Origin: Arcobacteraceae bacterium
GTDB taxonomy: Bacteria > Campylobacterota > Campylobacteria > Campylobacterales > Arcobacteraceae
Direction of reading: 5' to 3'
Assembly (NCBI GenBank): GCA_048268245.1
Contig: JBLWVX010000033.1
Span: 1-28,863, forward strand
Length of the DNA stretch: 28,863 nt
The position numbers and the translations under genes were made by a program. Below, one piece after another: positions 27,417 to 28,863 of this stretch (its first letter is position 1; the number at the start of each line of letters is the position of its first letter). Under the pieces are notes generated by a model. It was not told where the DNA came from, did not search any database, and was given only the letters and a program-made list of their open reading frames with translations.

Positions 27417-27731
27417 ATGAATACTCAAGTTTTAGAAAAACTAAAACAACTAAAACCAAAACTTCAAGATGAAGGCTTTGAGTTAATTGGTGTTTTTGGT
27501 TCTTTTGCTAGAAATGAAGAAAAACTTGATAGTGATATAGACATACTTTATCAAATAAAAGATACAAATGAATATCTAAAAAAATATTCAGGATGGGATA
27601 GTATCCTTCATATAGTAGAAACAAAAGAACTTTTAAAAAAAGAGCTAAATAGAGATGTAGATTTTGTAGATAAATCTAGTTTAAATAACATTGCTAATAG
27701 ATACATACAAAAGGATTTAGTATATGTCTAA
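27417..27731 (+). CDS. Minimal nucleotidyltransferase (MNT) antitoxin, MntA-like
   Basis: 'GVFGSFARNEEKLDSDIDIL' (GSX10DXD) and 'RDVDFV'; 104 aa. Confidence 0.9.
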   Translation: MNTQVLEKLKQLKPKLQDEGFELIGVFGSFARNEEKLDSDIDILYQIKDTNEYLKKYSGWDSILHIVETKELLKKELNRDVDFVDKSSLNNIANRYIQKDLVYV

Positions 27732-28041
27732 AGCAAGAATTGAAACTATTTTAAAATATATAGATGACATTGAATATATTGTTTCAAATTATAATGGAGT
27801 TGTAAATACCCTAGAGGATAGAATAGGAAAACACTCTTTACTTATGTGTCTTATGCAAATAGGTGAAAATCTAAATAAGCTAGACTCTTCAAATGAAAAT
27901 CTAAAAGATGCTGTAAAAGGAGCTTATGCAGTAAGAAACTTTATAGCTCATGATTATGAGGGAATAAATCTAGCACTAATAGAAAATATAGTTAGAAATC
28001 TTCTTCAACCTTTGAAAGAAGAACTGCTTAAAGAGTTGTAA
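27724..28041 (+). CDS. HEPN/DUF86 ribonuclease toxin, HepT-like
   Basis: 'LMQIGE' and 'RNFIAHDY' (RX4HXY); overlaps the MNT gene by 8 nt. Confidence 0.88.
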   Translation: MSKARIETILKYIDDIEYIVSNYNGVVNTLEDRIGKHSLLMCLMQIGENLNKLDSSNENLKDAVKGAYAVRNFIAHDYEGINLALIENIVRNLLQPLKEELLKEL

Positions 28042-28086
28042 ATATATCTTTAAAAGTTAGTTAAGGAATCTTTTATAGTAATATTA

Positions 28087-28092
28087 TATAAT
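28087..28092 (+). promoter_or_regulatory. -10 box (TATAAT) of the putative retron transcript
   Basis: TATAAT ends 4 nt before the first arm of the ncRNA terminal repeat; TTAAG at 28061-28065 upstream. Confidence 0.55.
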
Positions 28093-28096
28093 TAAA

Positions 28097-28255
28097 TAAT
28101 AAAGTCAATGGCTATTAAATAGTTTTTTTAATGTTTTGTGATCCACTTAACTCAAATCTATTAGTTTATTAGACTCATAAAAGAAACTCTTCATCTTCAA
28201 ACAACTCACCTGTTATTTAAAGATAAATATTTTCTTTTAAGCATTGGCTTTATTA
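28097..28255 (+). ncRNA. Retron msr-msd non-coding RNA (predicted)
   Basis: Terminal inverted repeat TAATAAAGTCAATG (28097-28110) / CATTGGCTTTATTA (28242-28255) gives 13 WC pairs plus one U-G. G28111 is unpaired directly after the 5' arm. A long in-register hairpin 28178-28205/28212-28239 lies next to the 3' arm. The element sits directly upstream of a retron-type effector. Confidence 0.8.
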
Positions 28256-28265
28256 GGATAAAATT

Positions 28266-28863
28266 ATGATACTTAATATACTTGCTTCAAATAAAAAAAT
28301 TTCTATTCCTAATAACTTAAGACTATTAATTTTTGGTGGTGCATTAAATAGTAATTGTTTTAGAGATAAATTCTTGCAACAATTAAAAAAGAGGAATAAC
28401 TATTTAAGTGTTATACCTGATAAAATTAACTACTTTGATATTTCTTCCCAAAAATATGATTTAATAGAAAAGGAAACTAGACTTTTTGAAAATTCTGACA
28501 TCTTAATTATCATTCCTGAATCTCCAGGTTCATTTGCTGAGATTGGTATGGTTGCTTCTATGATTAATAATCATAAAAATAATGCTGAAAAAGAAAAACA
28601 TGCAAAAAAAATATTAATTCTTTTAGATAAAAAATATAAATATGATGAATCATTTATTAAAAATGGACCTGTTAAAATTATTAAAACCTATGGAGGTAAA
28701 AGCTTTAATATTGATTATGAATCAAATGATTTTTCTTATATCTTTAAAAATATTTTAGTTAATAATAAAACTTCAAATAAAGTATCATTAAGCGATACTG
28801 TACAAGATACAAAAGAACTTTTTTATATAAACTGTATAAAAATATTAATTTATATCTATTATC
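28266..28863 (+). CDS. Retron type II-A effector (Ec86/Ec73/St85-family NDT/N-glycosidase-like), 3'-truncated by the window edge
   Basis: Open frame from ATG 28266 (AGGA RBS) to the window end, 199 codons. It reads 'RLLIFGG...FRDKF...DLIEKETRL...DILIIIPESPGSFAEIG...KILILLDKKYKYDESFIKNGPVKII', closely paralleling the Ec86 effector as I recall it: 'IFLCGG...DVIILFPESPGSFTELGAF...SFINYGPVRLL'. Confidence 0.85.
   Translation, partial: MILNILASNKKISIPNNLRLLIFGGALNSNCFRDKFLQQLKKRNNYLSVIPDKINYFDISSQKYDLIEKETRLFENSDILIIIPESPGSFAEIGMVASMINNHKNNAEKEKHAKKILILLDKKYKYDESFIKNGPVKIIKTYGGKSFNIDYESNDFSYIFKNILVNNKTSNKVSLSDTVQDTKELFYINCIKILIYIYY

Noticed and set aside
28178..28239. Long hairpin read as a simple terminator of the MNT-HEPN operon
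   Set aside because: It lies over 130 nt after the stop, lacks a GC-rich stem with a U-tail, is nested inside a second inverted repeat, and pairs better as cDNA; it fits msd better.
1..28863. tRNA/rRNA genes, transposase, integrase or reverse transcriptase inside the window
   Set aside because: None recognised. The retron RT and the rrn operon are only inferred to lie beyond the right and left edges respectively.

Overview
Very AT-rich chromosomal window from a Campylobacterota bacterium, most likely Arcobacteraceae. This is inferred from the secG-deacetylase-frr-pyrE-RDD gene order, the 'ENIAHQWRQPL' kinase H-box and AAGGA RBSs. The left edge has a perfect-consensus sigma70 promoter firing out of the window, probably for stable RNA (rrn). 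From about 0.3 to 27 kb lie housekeeping and accessory genes: BI-1/YccA, ThiD2-like, bioC, secG, frr, pyrE, two MFS transporters, an SBP-kinase-REC/PAS signalling cluster, yaaA, ychJ, comEA-like, Crp/Fnr plus ygbA-like sharing an FNR-type box, ung, a ThDP-enzyme/ALDH operon with a Fur-like box, a HAD hydrolase, rof, MarR-Bcr/CflA with a double operator, a di-hemerythrin, a rhodanese, a heavily deleted photolyase/cryptochrome pseudogene, dksA, a mini-WYL-like ORF and a NIF3-like protein. From about 27.05 kb the window looks like the start of a defence island: an MNT-HEPN toxin-antitoxin pair followed by a probable retron. The retron has an msr-msd ncRNA (28097-28255) with a 14-bp terminal inverted repeat, an unpaired candidate branching G, and a 28-position hairpin that pairs better on the reverse-transcribed strand. 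Directly after it is an ORF absent from the ORF track (28266 to the window end) encoding an Ec86/Ec73-type NDT/N-glycosidase-like effector. The reverse transcriptase is not in the window and is predicted just beyond the right edge.
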